From an uncultured Methylomirabilota bacterium (GTDB lineage: Bacteria > Methylomirabilota > Methylomirabilia > Methylomirabilales > 2-02-FULL-66-22): a stretch of 64,000 nucleotides of DNA. Of the stretch, positions 22,049 to 30,259 are shown in pieces. The notes below the pieces were generated by a model, which was not told the origin of the DNA, did not search any database, and saw only the letters and a list, made by a program, of their open reading frames with translations. The stretch lies in NCBI GenBank assembly GCA_963845565.1, contig CAWJSJ010000002.1:1280001-1344000 (forward strand), written 5' to 3'. A program made the position numbers and the translations under genes. The stretch's first letter is position 1; each line of letters begins with the position of its first letter.

Positions 22049-22084
22049 ATTCCTATCACCATCACCCCGATTCCTATCACCTCA
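22049..22084 (-). mobile_element. Putative orphan transposon end (TG terminus plus two internal repeats at 21-bp spacing)
   Basis: ATTCCTATCACC at 22049-22060 and 22070-22081; the bottom strand starts TGAGGTGATAGGAAT at 22084, directly abutting a 5'-truncated gene. Confidence 0.45.
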
Positions 22085-22085
22085 C

Positions 22086-22502
22086 CTTGATCGCATCAAC
22101 GTCCAGGCGGGACTCGCACTGGTGCTGCCGATGCTGCTGGTGGGGGCTGCTTTCGTCATTTATTGGCGTGGGACGAAGCGGGCGGGCGTCAGCAACGTCG
22201 TTCCCTATGCAGTGCTCCAGGGGTACTCGGTGGTAATTCTGCTGGTGATCGCGCTGCTGCAGTCGTCGCGGTACACGCGCGGCAACGATATCTACTGGGT
22301 GTTCGCGGCCTATGTGGTCGCCAAGCTCCTGGAACTGTTCGACAGGGAGATACTGGCGATCGGGCACCTCGTCGGCGGCCACGCGCTCAAACATCTCGCT
22401 GCTGCCGCGGCAGGCTTCTTGGTTTGTCGCATGTTGATGCTGCGGACGATGAAAGAACCGGAAGCGCGGCAAAGGTCGGCTGGCGCCCAGGAGAGCGCAT
22501 GA
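22086..22502 (+). pseudogene. C-terminal fragment of an alkaline phytoceramidase/ceramidase-like membrane protein
   Basis: LDRINVQAGLALVLPMLLVG...YW...GNVVPYAVLQ-like...SRYTRG...YVVAKLLELFDREI...GGHALKHLAAA. The N-terminal half is missing and the upstream in-frame sequence is unrelated. Confidence 0.65.
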
Positions 22503-23746
22503 ACTTCCTCGGACAACCCCGGCTGGATCCTCTTCTGCTCGGCTCCCCGCTGCGTAGCACGCCGGTTGCTGTCGCGATAGCCGGTGGGCTGCTCGTTTTG
22601 CTTGCCACCGTCGCGGAGACGCTCCTCGCCTTTCTCGGGTCGCTGCGCGGCGATGTCGCCAATGTGTTCATCGGGGCGATCGCGCTGTCAACGCTGATGT
22701 CGGTGGTGCCGCTCGCGATACTGTGGTACCTCGACCGGCGCGAGCGAGAAACCCCTTGGCTGTTTGCGGCCGCGTTTCTGTGGGGAGCGGTCATGGCGAC
22801 GGGTCTCGCGCTGCCCATCAACAGCGCGATCCTGTCGAGCGTCGCGGAATGGGTGGCGCGTCACCCAGTCGTACTCGAGATCCTCGGCCCGGAGGCTCCG
22901 ACGCTCCTCGGCGCGCCGCTCGCGGGGCCGCTCGTGGAGGAGGTGACGAAGGGCGTCGGATTGCTCCTGCTGTTTTTCCTGCTGCGCGCCGAGTACGACA
23001 ACATGCGCGATGGAATCGTGTACGGCGCCCTCATCGGCCTCGGCTTCACCTGGTTCGAGGCGTCGCTCTACGTGGCGCAGGGGTATGCGGAGTTCGGCGT
23101 CCCGCCGTGGGGCGCGCAGCTTGGCTGGCGCTATGCGCTCTTCGGACTGGGCGGCCACACGATGTTCACCGCGATCCTTGGTGTTTCCCTGGGGCTCGCG
23201 GTGCAAACGCGGCGGCGCTGGCTGAAGCTGCTTGCTCCTGTCGTCGGGCTCGCGGCTGCGATCGGCGCGCATGCACTCAACAATGCGCTGCCGCTCTACT
23301 CTGCGATCCAGAGCGCCGCTGCGGGCGAGCCCCCTCCCGCGAACGAGGCCCCGCCCGACATCGGCTTTGTCGCAGCGTGGCTGCAAGGAAGCTTGATGGA
23401 GCTCACCCTGTTCCTGCCGTTCCTGGTCCTCATGGCCTTTGCGCTGTGGTGGAGCGGCGCCTGGGAGCGGCGCGTAATCCGCGACGAGCTTGCCGAAGAG
23501 GTAGGCCGGGCGGTGAGCCCGACCGAGTACGAGATGATCCTGCACGACGGGATGTTCCGCACACGGCGCATCGACCGGCTCAATTCCGCGCTCTCAGCGG
23601 CAATCGTGAATGCGCAAAACGAACTCGCCTTCCGCAAACGGCGCGCGCGCGACGAGGGCCGCAATCCGGAGGGCGACCGGCTGGTCGCCGCGTGGCGCGA
23701 GGAGATCCGGCTTCTGCGCGAGCTCGAGTGGGGCGCCGCTCAATAG
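22499..23746 (+). CDS. PrsW-family intramembrane glutamic/metalloprotease
   Basis: LDRRERETPWL, APLAGPLVEEVTKG, DGIVYGALIGLGFTWFE, GHTMFTA and HALNN. Confidence 0.9.
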   Translation: MNFLGQPRLDPLLLGSPLRSTPVAVAIAGGLLVLLATVAETLLAFLGSLRGDVANVFIGAIALSTLMSVVPLAILWYLDRRERETPWLFAAAFLWGAVMATGLALPINSAILSSVAEWVARHPVVLEILGPEAPTLLGAPLAGPLVEEVTKGVGLLLLFFLLRAEYDNMRDGIVYGALIGLGFTWFEASLYVAQGYAEFGVPPWGAQLGWRYALFGLGGHTMFTAILGVSLGLAVQTRRRWLKLLAPVVGLAAAIGAHALNNALPLYSAIQSAAAGEPPPANEAPPDIGFVAAWLQGSLMELTLFLPFLVLMAFALWWSGAWERRVIRDELAEEVGRAVSPTEYEMILHDGMFRTRRIDRLNSALSAAIVNAQNELAFRKRRARDEGRNPEGDRLVAAWREEIRLLRELEWGAAQ

Positions 23747-23870
23747 TGCAGCCGCCCTGCCGGCTCGCCCAGGTGCGGCCGGCCCGGTAGCGGTGTGCTG
23801 ATCAGTCGGAGCACAGCAGGCGTACCCGGCGCTCCGCTATTTAATTCACCTTCGGCAAGCGGCCAGCGGC

Positions 23871-23945
23871 CTCGCCACCACCACCGATCCCCTCGGCCAC
23901 ACCACGACCTCCACCTATGATGCGCGGAACCGCCGGACCACCGAG
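23871..23945 (+). pseudogene. Isolated YD/Rhs repeat remnant
   Basis: Translates as LATTTDPLGHTTTSTYDARNRRTTE, matching the YD-repeat pattern; no surrounding Rhs ORF. Confidence 0.6.
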
Positions 23946-23967
23946 CGCGCCGCCCGATGCTTCACCG

Positions 23968-23991
23968 TTGACAGTATGTCGGATGTGACAT
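23968..23991 (+). promoter_or_regulatory. Sigma70 -35 box overlapping an inverted-repeat operator upstream of the toxin-antitoxin pair
   Basis: TTGACA (23968-23973), then ATGTC-N6-GACAT (23976-23991). Confidence 0.6.
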
Positions 23992-24008
23992 CTCTTCTGG
24001 CCATTCGC

Positions 24009-24099
24009 GTGCCCGACAAACCGCTGGTCTGGCTCCACGACGCCGCAGCGCGTCCTTGACGCCTGCCGACAGCGCCTCGGAGCCTACGAGGCCGAATAG
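24009..24099 (+). pseudogene. Internally deleted RelE/HigB (Gp49-like) toxin
   Basis: GTG start VPDKPLVWLH joined out of frame to TTPQRVLDACRQRLGAYEAE*. These resemble the first and last residues of the toxin family that precedes this antitoxin type. Confidence 0.65.
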
Positions 24100-24111
24100 G
24101 GGAAACCCGTC

Positions 24112-24501
24112 ATGAACCGAACCAAACAGACGACGCTTGCGACGCGGGGCTGGACCGTCGGCACCGTGGCGGACTTTCTCGCCCTCACCCCCGACGAGGC
24201 CGCGTTCGTGGAAATCAAGCTCGCCTTGAGCGACGCCTTGCGCACCCAGCGCCAGAAAGCCAAGCGCTCCCAGGCGCAGGTGGCCAAGCGGTTGGGGTCC
24301 AGCCAATCCCGCGTCGCCACGATGGACGCCGGCGATCCGTCCGTCACCCTCGACCTGCTGATCCGGGCGCTCCTCGCGCTTGGGGCCACCAAGAAGACCG
24401 TCGCCCGCCCCATCGGGACCGCACGCCTCCCTCAGGCGGCCTGCTGTCCCACTGCTGCGCCCATCGAGCCGCCCAAGTATGTTACAATGCACAAGTCGTG
24501 A
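24112..24501 (+). CDS. XRE-family HTH antitoxin (HigA-like)
   Basis: GWTVGTVADFLALTPDEAAFVEIKLALS...SQAQVAKRLGSSQSRVATMDAGDPSVTLDLLIRALLALG. Confidence 0.85.
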   Translation: MNRTKQTTLATRGWTVGTVADFLALTPDEAAFVEIKLALSDALRTQRQKAKRSQAQVAKRLGSSQSRVATMDAGDPSVTLDLLIRALLALGATKKTVARPIGTARLPQAACCPTAAPIEPPKYVTMHKS

Positions 24502-24523
24502 GACACGCGATGGGAGGCGCCTC

Positions 24524-24736
24524 GTGGAAACGCCCTCGATGCCGCGCATGGACAAGACGGTCTTTTCGGCCACTTCTCTGAGCAACGAGTCAGATGAACC
24601 GGCCTACTGGCGCGATCAATCGCCGGTGGCGCGGCTGCACGCCCTTGAACTCATGCGCCGGGTGATGTATGGCTACGATCCTGCTGCCGCCCGACTTCAA
24701 AGAATTCTTGCAGTTGTTACACGACCACCACGTTGA
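24524..24736 (+). CDS. Small hypothetical protein partnering the downstream nucleotidyltransferase
   Basis: GGGAGG RBS then GTG; RMDKTVFS...DEPAYWRDQSPVARLHALELMRRVMYGYDPAAARLQRIL; overlaps the next gene by 68 nt. Confidence 0.65.
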   Translation: METPSMPRMDKTVFSATSLSNESDEPAYWRDQSPVARLHALELMRRVMYGYDPAAARLQRILAVVTRPPR

Positions 24737-25118
24737 CTACTTGCTGATCGGTGGATATGCGGTCGGTTACCATGGTTATCCGCGGGCAACCGGTGATATG
24801 GATATCTGGGTTGCCATCAACTCTGCGAATGCTGAGAAGCTGGTTGCCGTCCTCACGGCATTTGGCTTTGAGGCGAGCAATATCTCCGCCGATCTCTTCC
24901 TCCAACCCAACAACGTCATCCGCATGGGGAATCCACCCTTGCGCCTCGAACTGCTGACCACGGTTTCGGGAATAGAGTTTGCGGATGCGTATGCGCAGCG
25001 CGTCACCGATACCCTTGACGGAGTGCCAGTCACCATCATCAGTCTGGAACAGTTGAAGATCAACAAACGGGCCAGTGGGCGCCTCAAAGATCTGAGCGAT
25101 GTCGAGAACTTGCCGTAA
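24669..25118 (+). CDS. Nucleotidyltransferase-like protein (DUF6036-like)
   Basis: DFKEFLQLL...YLLIGGYAVGYHGYPRATGDMDIWV (GG...DxD) and NKRASGRLKDLSDVENL. Confidence 0.85.
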   Translation: MATILLPPDFKEFLQLLHDHHVDYLLIGGYAVGYHGYPRATGDMDIWVAINSANAEKLVAVLTAFGFEASNISADLFLQPNNVIRMGNPPLRLELLTTVSGIEFADAYAQRVTDTLDGVPVTIISLEQLKINKRASGRLKDLSDVENLP

Positions 25119-25310
25119 CGTTTTCCGAGTGCGCTACCATCCGAATGCCCCGTCAACTCGCCTTACCCCTCAGAGAACGCAGGCCACCGGGATCAGGACG
25201 ATACGCTCCGAGGGCCGCCCGATGTGGTCCCCACTGTAGAGGACAGCGCCGAAGGGGCGCTTGGCGGCTCGATCGTCGCGCCGCCTCCAAAAGCAAATTG
25301 ACCCATCACT

Positions 25311-26708
25311 TCATTCACTCACCCGGAACGAGCGCTGCGAAGACGGCGGTGCCAGCCGTTCGATGACCCGCATTTCCTTCCATTGTCCTCCCCGGAACCG
25401 GAGATAGAACGACACGCCGAGGAGCGAGACATAGGCCGTGGCGATGGTCCACCCGATCAAGATGCCTCCGCCGAACCCCTCGATAGCGATATACGTCGGC
25501 AGAATCAGCACACCGCCGGAGAGCCCAGCCATCATCAACATGACAAATCGGGTATCACCGGCGCCTTTGAGGGCGGCGGCGTAGACGATCGACAGGACGT
25601 CGAACAAGGAATATAGCGCGACGAACCGGAGGAGCACCGTCGCCAGGCTGCGGATCTCGTCGAAGCTTCCGGGATCGGCCCACAGGGCGTACGGCGCCAG
25701 GAAGACGCCGGGTGCCAGCACGTACAGGAGGGCGACGACCCCCATGTACAACACCGTGATCCGTAGGCCGGAGGTCACGCATCGCTCTGCGAGGCGCGGG
25801 TTCTCTCGACCCAGGTGCTGTCCGACGAGAATCGTGATGGCCATACCCAGGCCCATCATGGGCATGAACGCCAAAGTGTTGATGTTGAACGCAATGTTGG
25901 TGGCCGCCAAACTCGCGGTGCCCAGGCGCCCGACGATCAGGAGGAAGATAGTGAATCCGGCGAGATCCACGAAGAACTGGACACCGCTGGGAAGGCCGAA
26001 GCGGAGGATGCGGGAGAACAACGCCGGATCGAATCGCCAGCCCCGTATAACGTGGAAGCGGCGGTCCTGGTTCTGGCGAAACATGAGCCCGCCGTATACC
26101 AGGAGAGCGGCGACCATTGAGAGGTTGGTGGCGATCGCAGCGCCTCCGATCCCCATCTCCGGGAATGGGCCGGCGCCGAAGATCAACAGATAATCGAGGA
26201 CGATGTTGACGGCAGTGGCGACCAGGTTGGCCCACATGACCGGCCATGTCTCGCCGCGTCCGGAGAAGAAGCCGCTCAGCGCGGAGGCGGCGATGGCCGG
26301 GAACGCCCCCAGGCAGAGGACGTGGAAGTAGATCACTTCATGGCCCTGGATCTCAGGATCGTGTCCGATGAGTCGGAAGAACGGTCCGGCGAGAGGGATG
26401 AGGAGCACCATGAAGATCGTGCCGGCCAGCGCGACATAGAGACCCTGCCACACGGTCGGGCCGATCCGCTCATCCCGCCCCGCTCCGATGTACTGCGCGA
26501 CGAAGGTGCTCACGTAGCCCGCCGTTCCGATGAAAAGGCTCATCAGGGTGTAGTTCAGGATGCCGGCGGGCGTCGAGGCGGCAAGGGCCACGGGGGAGTA
26601 CCAGGCGAGAAAAATACGATCCACGAAATGCTGGAGTGACCACGAGCCGGTACTCAGGATCAACGGGAACGCGATGAGCAGGATCTGCCGGTAGCCACCC
26701 TCGGCCAT
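25311..26708 (-). CDS. MATE family efflux transporter
   Basis: IAFPLILS...FVDRIFL, VAQYIGAG, GIGGAAIAT, LAATNIAFNINTLAFMP and LKGAGDTRF. The start may be TTG at 26747. Confidence 0.92.
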   Translation of the reverse strand: MAEGGYRQILLIAFPLILSTGSWSLQHFVDRIFLAWYSPVALAASTPAGILNYTLMSLFIGTAGYVSTFVAQYIGAGRDERIGPTVWQGLYVALAGTIFMVLLIPLAGPFFRLIGHDPEIQGHEVIYFHVLCLGAFPAIAASALSGFFSGRGETWPVMWANLVATAVNIVLDYLLIFGAGPFPEMGIGGAAIATNLSMVAALLVYGGLMFRQNQDRRFHVIRGWRFDPALFSRILRFGLPSGVQFFVDLAGFTIFLLIVGRLGTASLAATNIAFNINTLAFMPMMGLGMAITILVGQHLGRENPRLAERCVTSGLRITVLYMGVVALLYVLAPGVFLAPYALWADPGSFDEIRSLATVLLRFVALYSLFDVLSIVYAAALKGAGDTRFVMLMMAGLSGGVLILPTYIAIEGFGGGILIGWTIATAYVSLLGVSFYLRFRGGQWKEMRVIERLAPPSSQRSFRVSE

Positions 26709-26938
26709 CCGGGGACCACTCTGGGTTGTCTGCAAGCTCTCCGTCAATGGTCGACTCCGAGCCCGGATCGGTCGTGCCGCGACCGTTCGGCGGCGCGTGG
26801 ACGCTGCGTTCTCCTGACCCGGGTAAAGCATTGTACCATGCGTTCTCGGGCAGCTCGAAGCCTACTTCCGCGCAAGCGCGCATACGCGGTTGCGTAGAGG
26901 CACTGATGGGTTATACTAAAGTTTGGGGAGGGGGAAGA

Positions 26939-27970
26939 ATGTCCGCCAATACCGCCACCGTCGCGCCCGAGGCGCCCGGGACGAACTTGCTTCGCGCGCT
27001 TTCGAAGTACGAGCGACCAAATCTCCGAAAAGCCGTCTGGCAACTCGTCAATACCCTTACGCCCTACGTCGCGCTCTGGGCGCTGATGGCTTATCTGGTG
27101 CGCCAGGGGTATTCCTACTGGTTTACTCTGGCGTTGGCCGTAGTGGCAGCGGCACTGCTCGTCCGCATCTTCATCGTCTTCCACGATTGCGGTCACGGCT
27201 CCTTCTTTGTGTCCCGTCGCGCGAACCGGATTGTGGGCTACCTTACGGGCATCCTGACCTGCACGCCCTACGAGGATTGGCGTCACGTCCACGCGGCGCA
27301 TCACGCCACGACGGGGGACCTGGATCGCCGAGGCAAAGGGGACGTATGGACGCTGACGGTCAGGGAGTATCTGGCGGCGCCGAAACTCACGCAATTGGCC
27401 TACCGGTTCATCCGGAATCGCTTCGTCCTGTTGGGGTTGGTTCCGGCGTGCCTGTCCGTGGTCAAGCAGCGGTTTCCTCACCCCGGGGCCGGGAGGCGTG
27501 AGCGCAACAGTGTGACCTTCACGAACGTGGCGGTCCTGGCGATCTTGGCACTGGCCACGCTGACGATCGGTCTTGGCACGTTTGTCTTGGTTCAGCTGCC
27601 CATCACGCTGATCGCGGGGACGGTTGGGGTGTGGTTATTCTATGTCCAGCACCAGTACGAGGGGGTGTATTGGGCCCGCCATGCGGACTGGGACCCGATG
27701 CGGGCGGCGTTGGAGGGGAGTTCGTACTACCAGCTGCCGCGGGTCCTGCAGTGGGCCACGGGCAATATCGGCTTGCACCACATCCATCATATCCGCCCGC
27801 GTATTCCCAACTACAACCTGCAGCAGTGCTACGACGATCTGCCGGCCATGCGGGCGGTGACGCCGCTGACGATCCGCGGAAGTCTCAAATCGCTCCGGAT
27901 GAACCTTTGGGACGAAGACGCGAAGGAGTTAGTGAGCTTTCGATCCGCGAGGAAGCGCCTGAGACCGTAG
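26939..27970 (+). CDS. Membrane fatty acid desaturase (Des-like)
   Basis: Three His boxes HDCGH, HAAHH and HHIHH; WLFYVQHQ; PRIPNYNL. Confidence 0.92.
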   Translation: MSANTATVAPEAPGTNLLRALSKYERPNLRKAVWQLVNTLTPYVALWALMAYLVRQGYSYWFTLALAVVAAALLVRIFIVFHDCGHGSFFVSRRANRIVGYLTGILTCTPYEDWRHVHAAHHATTGDLDRRGKGDVWTLTVREYLAAPKLTQLAYRFIRNRFVLLGLVPACLSVVKQRFPHPGAGRRERNSVTFTNVAVLAILALATLTIGLGTFVLVQLPITLIAGTVGVWLFYVQHQYEGVYWARHADWDPMRAALEGSSYYQLPRVLQWATGNIGLHHIHHIRPRIPNYNLQQCYDDLPAMRAVTPLTIRGSLKSLRMNLWDEDAKELVSFRSARKRLRP

Positions 27971-28091
27971 ATCGCGGGTACGGGCGGCCCGACACACGGC
28001 CCGGTTCGCGGCGGAAACCGTAGAGCCCCGAGGGGACGATGACACGACCTCGGGGCTTGGTGTTTTTCGGCGTGACGCGGACTCAGCCGAC

Positions 28092-29213
28092 CTAGCCCGC
28101 GCCCATGAGGGCAAGGATCACGCCGCCCGCCACCACGCTGGCGACCTGGCCGGCGGCGTTGGCGCCCATGGCGTGCATGAGGAGGAAATTCTCGAAGTCC
28201 TCCTCCTGTCCGACCCGCTGCACCACCCGCGCCGCCATCGGGAACGCGCTGATCCCCGCCGCGCCGATCAGTGGATTGAGTCCCCCGCGACTGACCCAAT
28301 TCAACCCCTTTGCGAACAGCAATCCCGCCGCCGTATCCAGCCCGAACGCCAGAATTCCCAGGACCAGGATCTTCAGGGTCTCCACCTTGAGGAAGAACTG
28401 CGCTTGCATGGTGGAGCCGATGGCCAACCCCAGAAACAGCGTCACGATGTTGGCGATCTCCTGGGCGGAGGCTTTGGTGAGCCGCTCTACCGCGCCGGAC
28501 TCCCGCATCAGATTGCCCAGCATCAGCATCCCGATGAGGGGCGTCGCGAAGGGCACCAGGATTCCGACGACCAGGGTCACGACGAGAGGGAACAAGATAC
28601 GGGTCCGGCGACTGATGACCCGCTGACTGTAGGGCATGCGGATCCGCCGCTCCTTCTTGGAGGTCAACAGACGCATGATGGGCGGCTGGATGATGGGCAC
28701 CAGGGACATGTAGCTGTATGCGCAGACGGTGATAGGGCCGAGCAGGTGCGGGGCCAGGATGTTACTCACGTAGATGGAGGTTGGCCCGTCGATGGCCCCG
28801 ATGATGCCGATGGACGCCGCCTCTTTGAGGTTGAACCCGAGGAACAGGGCCAGCATCAGCGTCCCGAAGATCCCGAACTGGCCCGCCGCCCCGATGAGCA
28901 CCATGCGCGGGTTCTCCAGCAGCGGCCCGAAGTCGGTGAGCGCGCCGATACCGATGAAAATGAGGAGGGGATACAGCTCGTTGTCCACGCCAAATTTCCC
29001 GAGCAGGGTAAGCAGGCCGCCTTCCGCCACGAGGGGAGAGAGGGGCAGGTTCGCCAGGATACAGCCCGCCCCGATGGGCAGGAGCAGCATCGGCTCGTAA
29101 TCCTTCTCGATGGCGAGATACAGCAGCACCCCGCCGACCCCGATCATCAGCAGGGCGCCCGGGGTGACATTCAGGAGGCCCTGGGAGAGGCGGGCAACGG
29201 CGGAGGCGTCCAT
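28092..29213 (-). CDS. Na+-translocating decarboxylase subunit beta (OadB/MmdB family)
   Basis: YEPMLLLPIG, GIGALTDFGPLL, ASIGIIGAIDGPTSI, AYSYMSLVPIIQPP and HAMGAN. Confidence 0.95.
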   Translation of the reverse strand: MDASAVARLSQGLLNVTPGALLMIGVGGVLLYLAIEKDYEPMLLLPIGAGCILANLPLSPLVAEGGLLTLLGKFGVDNELYPLLIFIGIGALTDFGPLLENPRMVLIGAAGQFGIFGTLMLALFLGFNLKEAASIGIIGAIDGPTSIYVSNILAPHLLGPITVCAYSYMSLVPIIQPPIMRLLTSKKERRIRMPYSQRVISRRTRILFPLVVTLVVGILVPFATPLIGMLMLGNLMRESGAVERLTKASAQEIANIVTLFLGLAIGSTMQAQFFLKVETLKILVLGILAFGLDTAAGLLFAKGLNWVSRGGLNPLIGAAGISAFPMAARVVQRVGQEEDFENFLLMHAMGANAAGQVASVVAGGVILALMGAG

Positions 29214-29214
29214 G

Positions 29215-29715
29215 TCACTCCTCCCCCAATTGCACCAGAAGGTCGCCATGGGCGACCGTCTGGTCGGGCCGCACCCTGATCTCCAGTACCACGCCGTCGT
29301 ACGGGGATTTAATGGCGTTCTTCATCTTCATGGCTTCCAGAATGACCAGCGTCTGACCCCGGCTGACCCGGTCGCCGTGACGCACCTCGACCGACAGAAT
29401 CTTGCCGGGCATGGGGGCGGTCAGGGCGCCCACGACGTGGCCGTCGGTCGAGGTGCGCATCAAGGGGGGTGACGCGATCGTCGGTTCCGACGCGGACGGA
29501 ACGGCGACCCGGACCGCAGGGGCTGCCGCCGCGGTGTGGTTCGCGCGGGCGGGGACCATTGCGGGGGTGATCAACGCCTCAGCCAGATCCTCGTCGCTGG
29601 AGAGGCGCACCTCATACTCCTCTCCTCCCACCTGGACCGTGAATCGGTCCGCCGTGACCTCCTGCACATCAATAACATACGGCTTGCCGCCTACCTCCAG
29701 GGTGTACCGGCGCAT
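29215..29715 (-). CDS. Biotin carboxyl carrier subunit (MmdC-like)
   Basis: APMPGKIL and EAMKMKN biotinylation motif; Ala/Pro-rich linker. Confidence 0.93.
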   Translation of the reverse strand: MRRYTLEVGGKPYVIDVQEVTADRFTVQVGGEEYEVRLSSDEDLAEALITPAMVPARANHTAAAAPAVRVAVPSASEPTIASPPLMRTSTDGHVVGALTAPMPGKILSVEVRHGDRVSRGQTLVILEAMKMKNAIKSPYDGVVLEIRVRPDQTVAHGDLLVQLGEE

Positions 29716-29827
29716 GGCGCGTCTCCCTTATGACTTGCCGGACGACGAACACAACCGCAGGACGCCCACTGGCCCGGGCACGCGTCGGTTGACGCTCCGA
29801 GCCGGAACTGGTGCCGCCCCTTCGCCC

Positions 29828-30196
29828 CTACCGCTTGCCCGGACGCCAACTTTGCGTCTGTTGGTGGCGCCCCGCCGAGACCCAGCGGCTGGCGAAGAGA
29901 ATGCTCCCCGGCCAATGGCTTCGCATGGATGGGGCCGCCTGCTTTCTCAGGACCGATTGATGGGTGAGCACCGCGACGCCGATCGCGGCGAACAGTTCCG
30001 GCGCCATCCCGCGGGGGGTCGCGGCGACGGGCCGATCGATGGGCCCGCTCTCGGTGATATCGTCCGGCGGCGGCTCGCGGTCCAAGCGGAGCAGCACGGT
30101 CAGGAGGCCCCAGAGGAGGGCCAGGAGAAGGAAGACCAGGCCCATCCCCAGGATACTGATGTTGACTCCGGTCATCAGGCTTTCTGTGAGTGCCAT
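29828..30196 (-). CDS. OadG/MmdD-family membrane anchor subunit
   Basis: GMGLVFLLLALL transmembrane segment, ELFAAIGVAV and C-terminal SRWVSAGR. Confidence 0.8.
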   Translation of the reverse strand: MALTESLMTGVNISILGMGLVFLLLALLWGLLTVLLRLDREPPPDDITESGPIDRPVAATPRGMAPELFAAIGVAVLTHQSVLRKQAAPSMRSHWPGSILFASRWVSAGRHQQTQSWRPGKR

Positions 30197-30259
30197 GGAC
30201 ACCCCGTTCCGAACTGCAGTGGCGCCGGGTGGGTACGCAACGCCCGGCCACCCGCGCGG

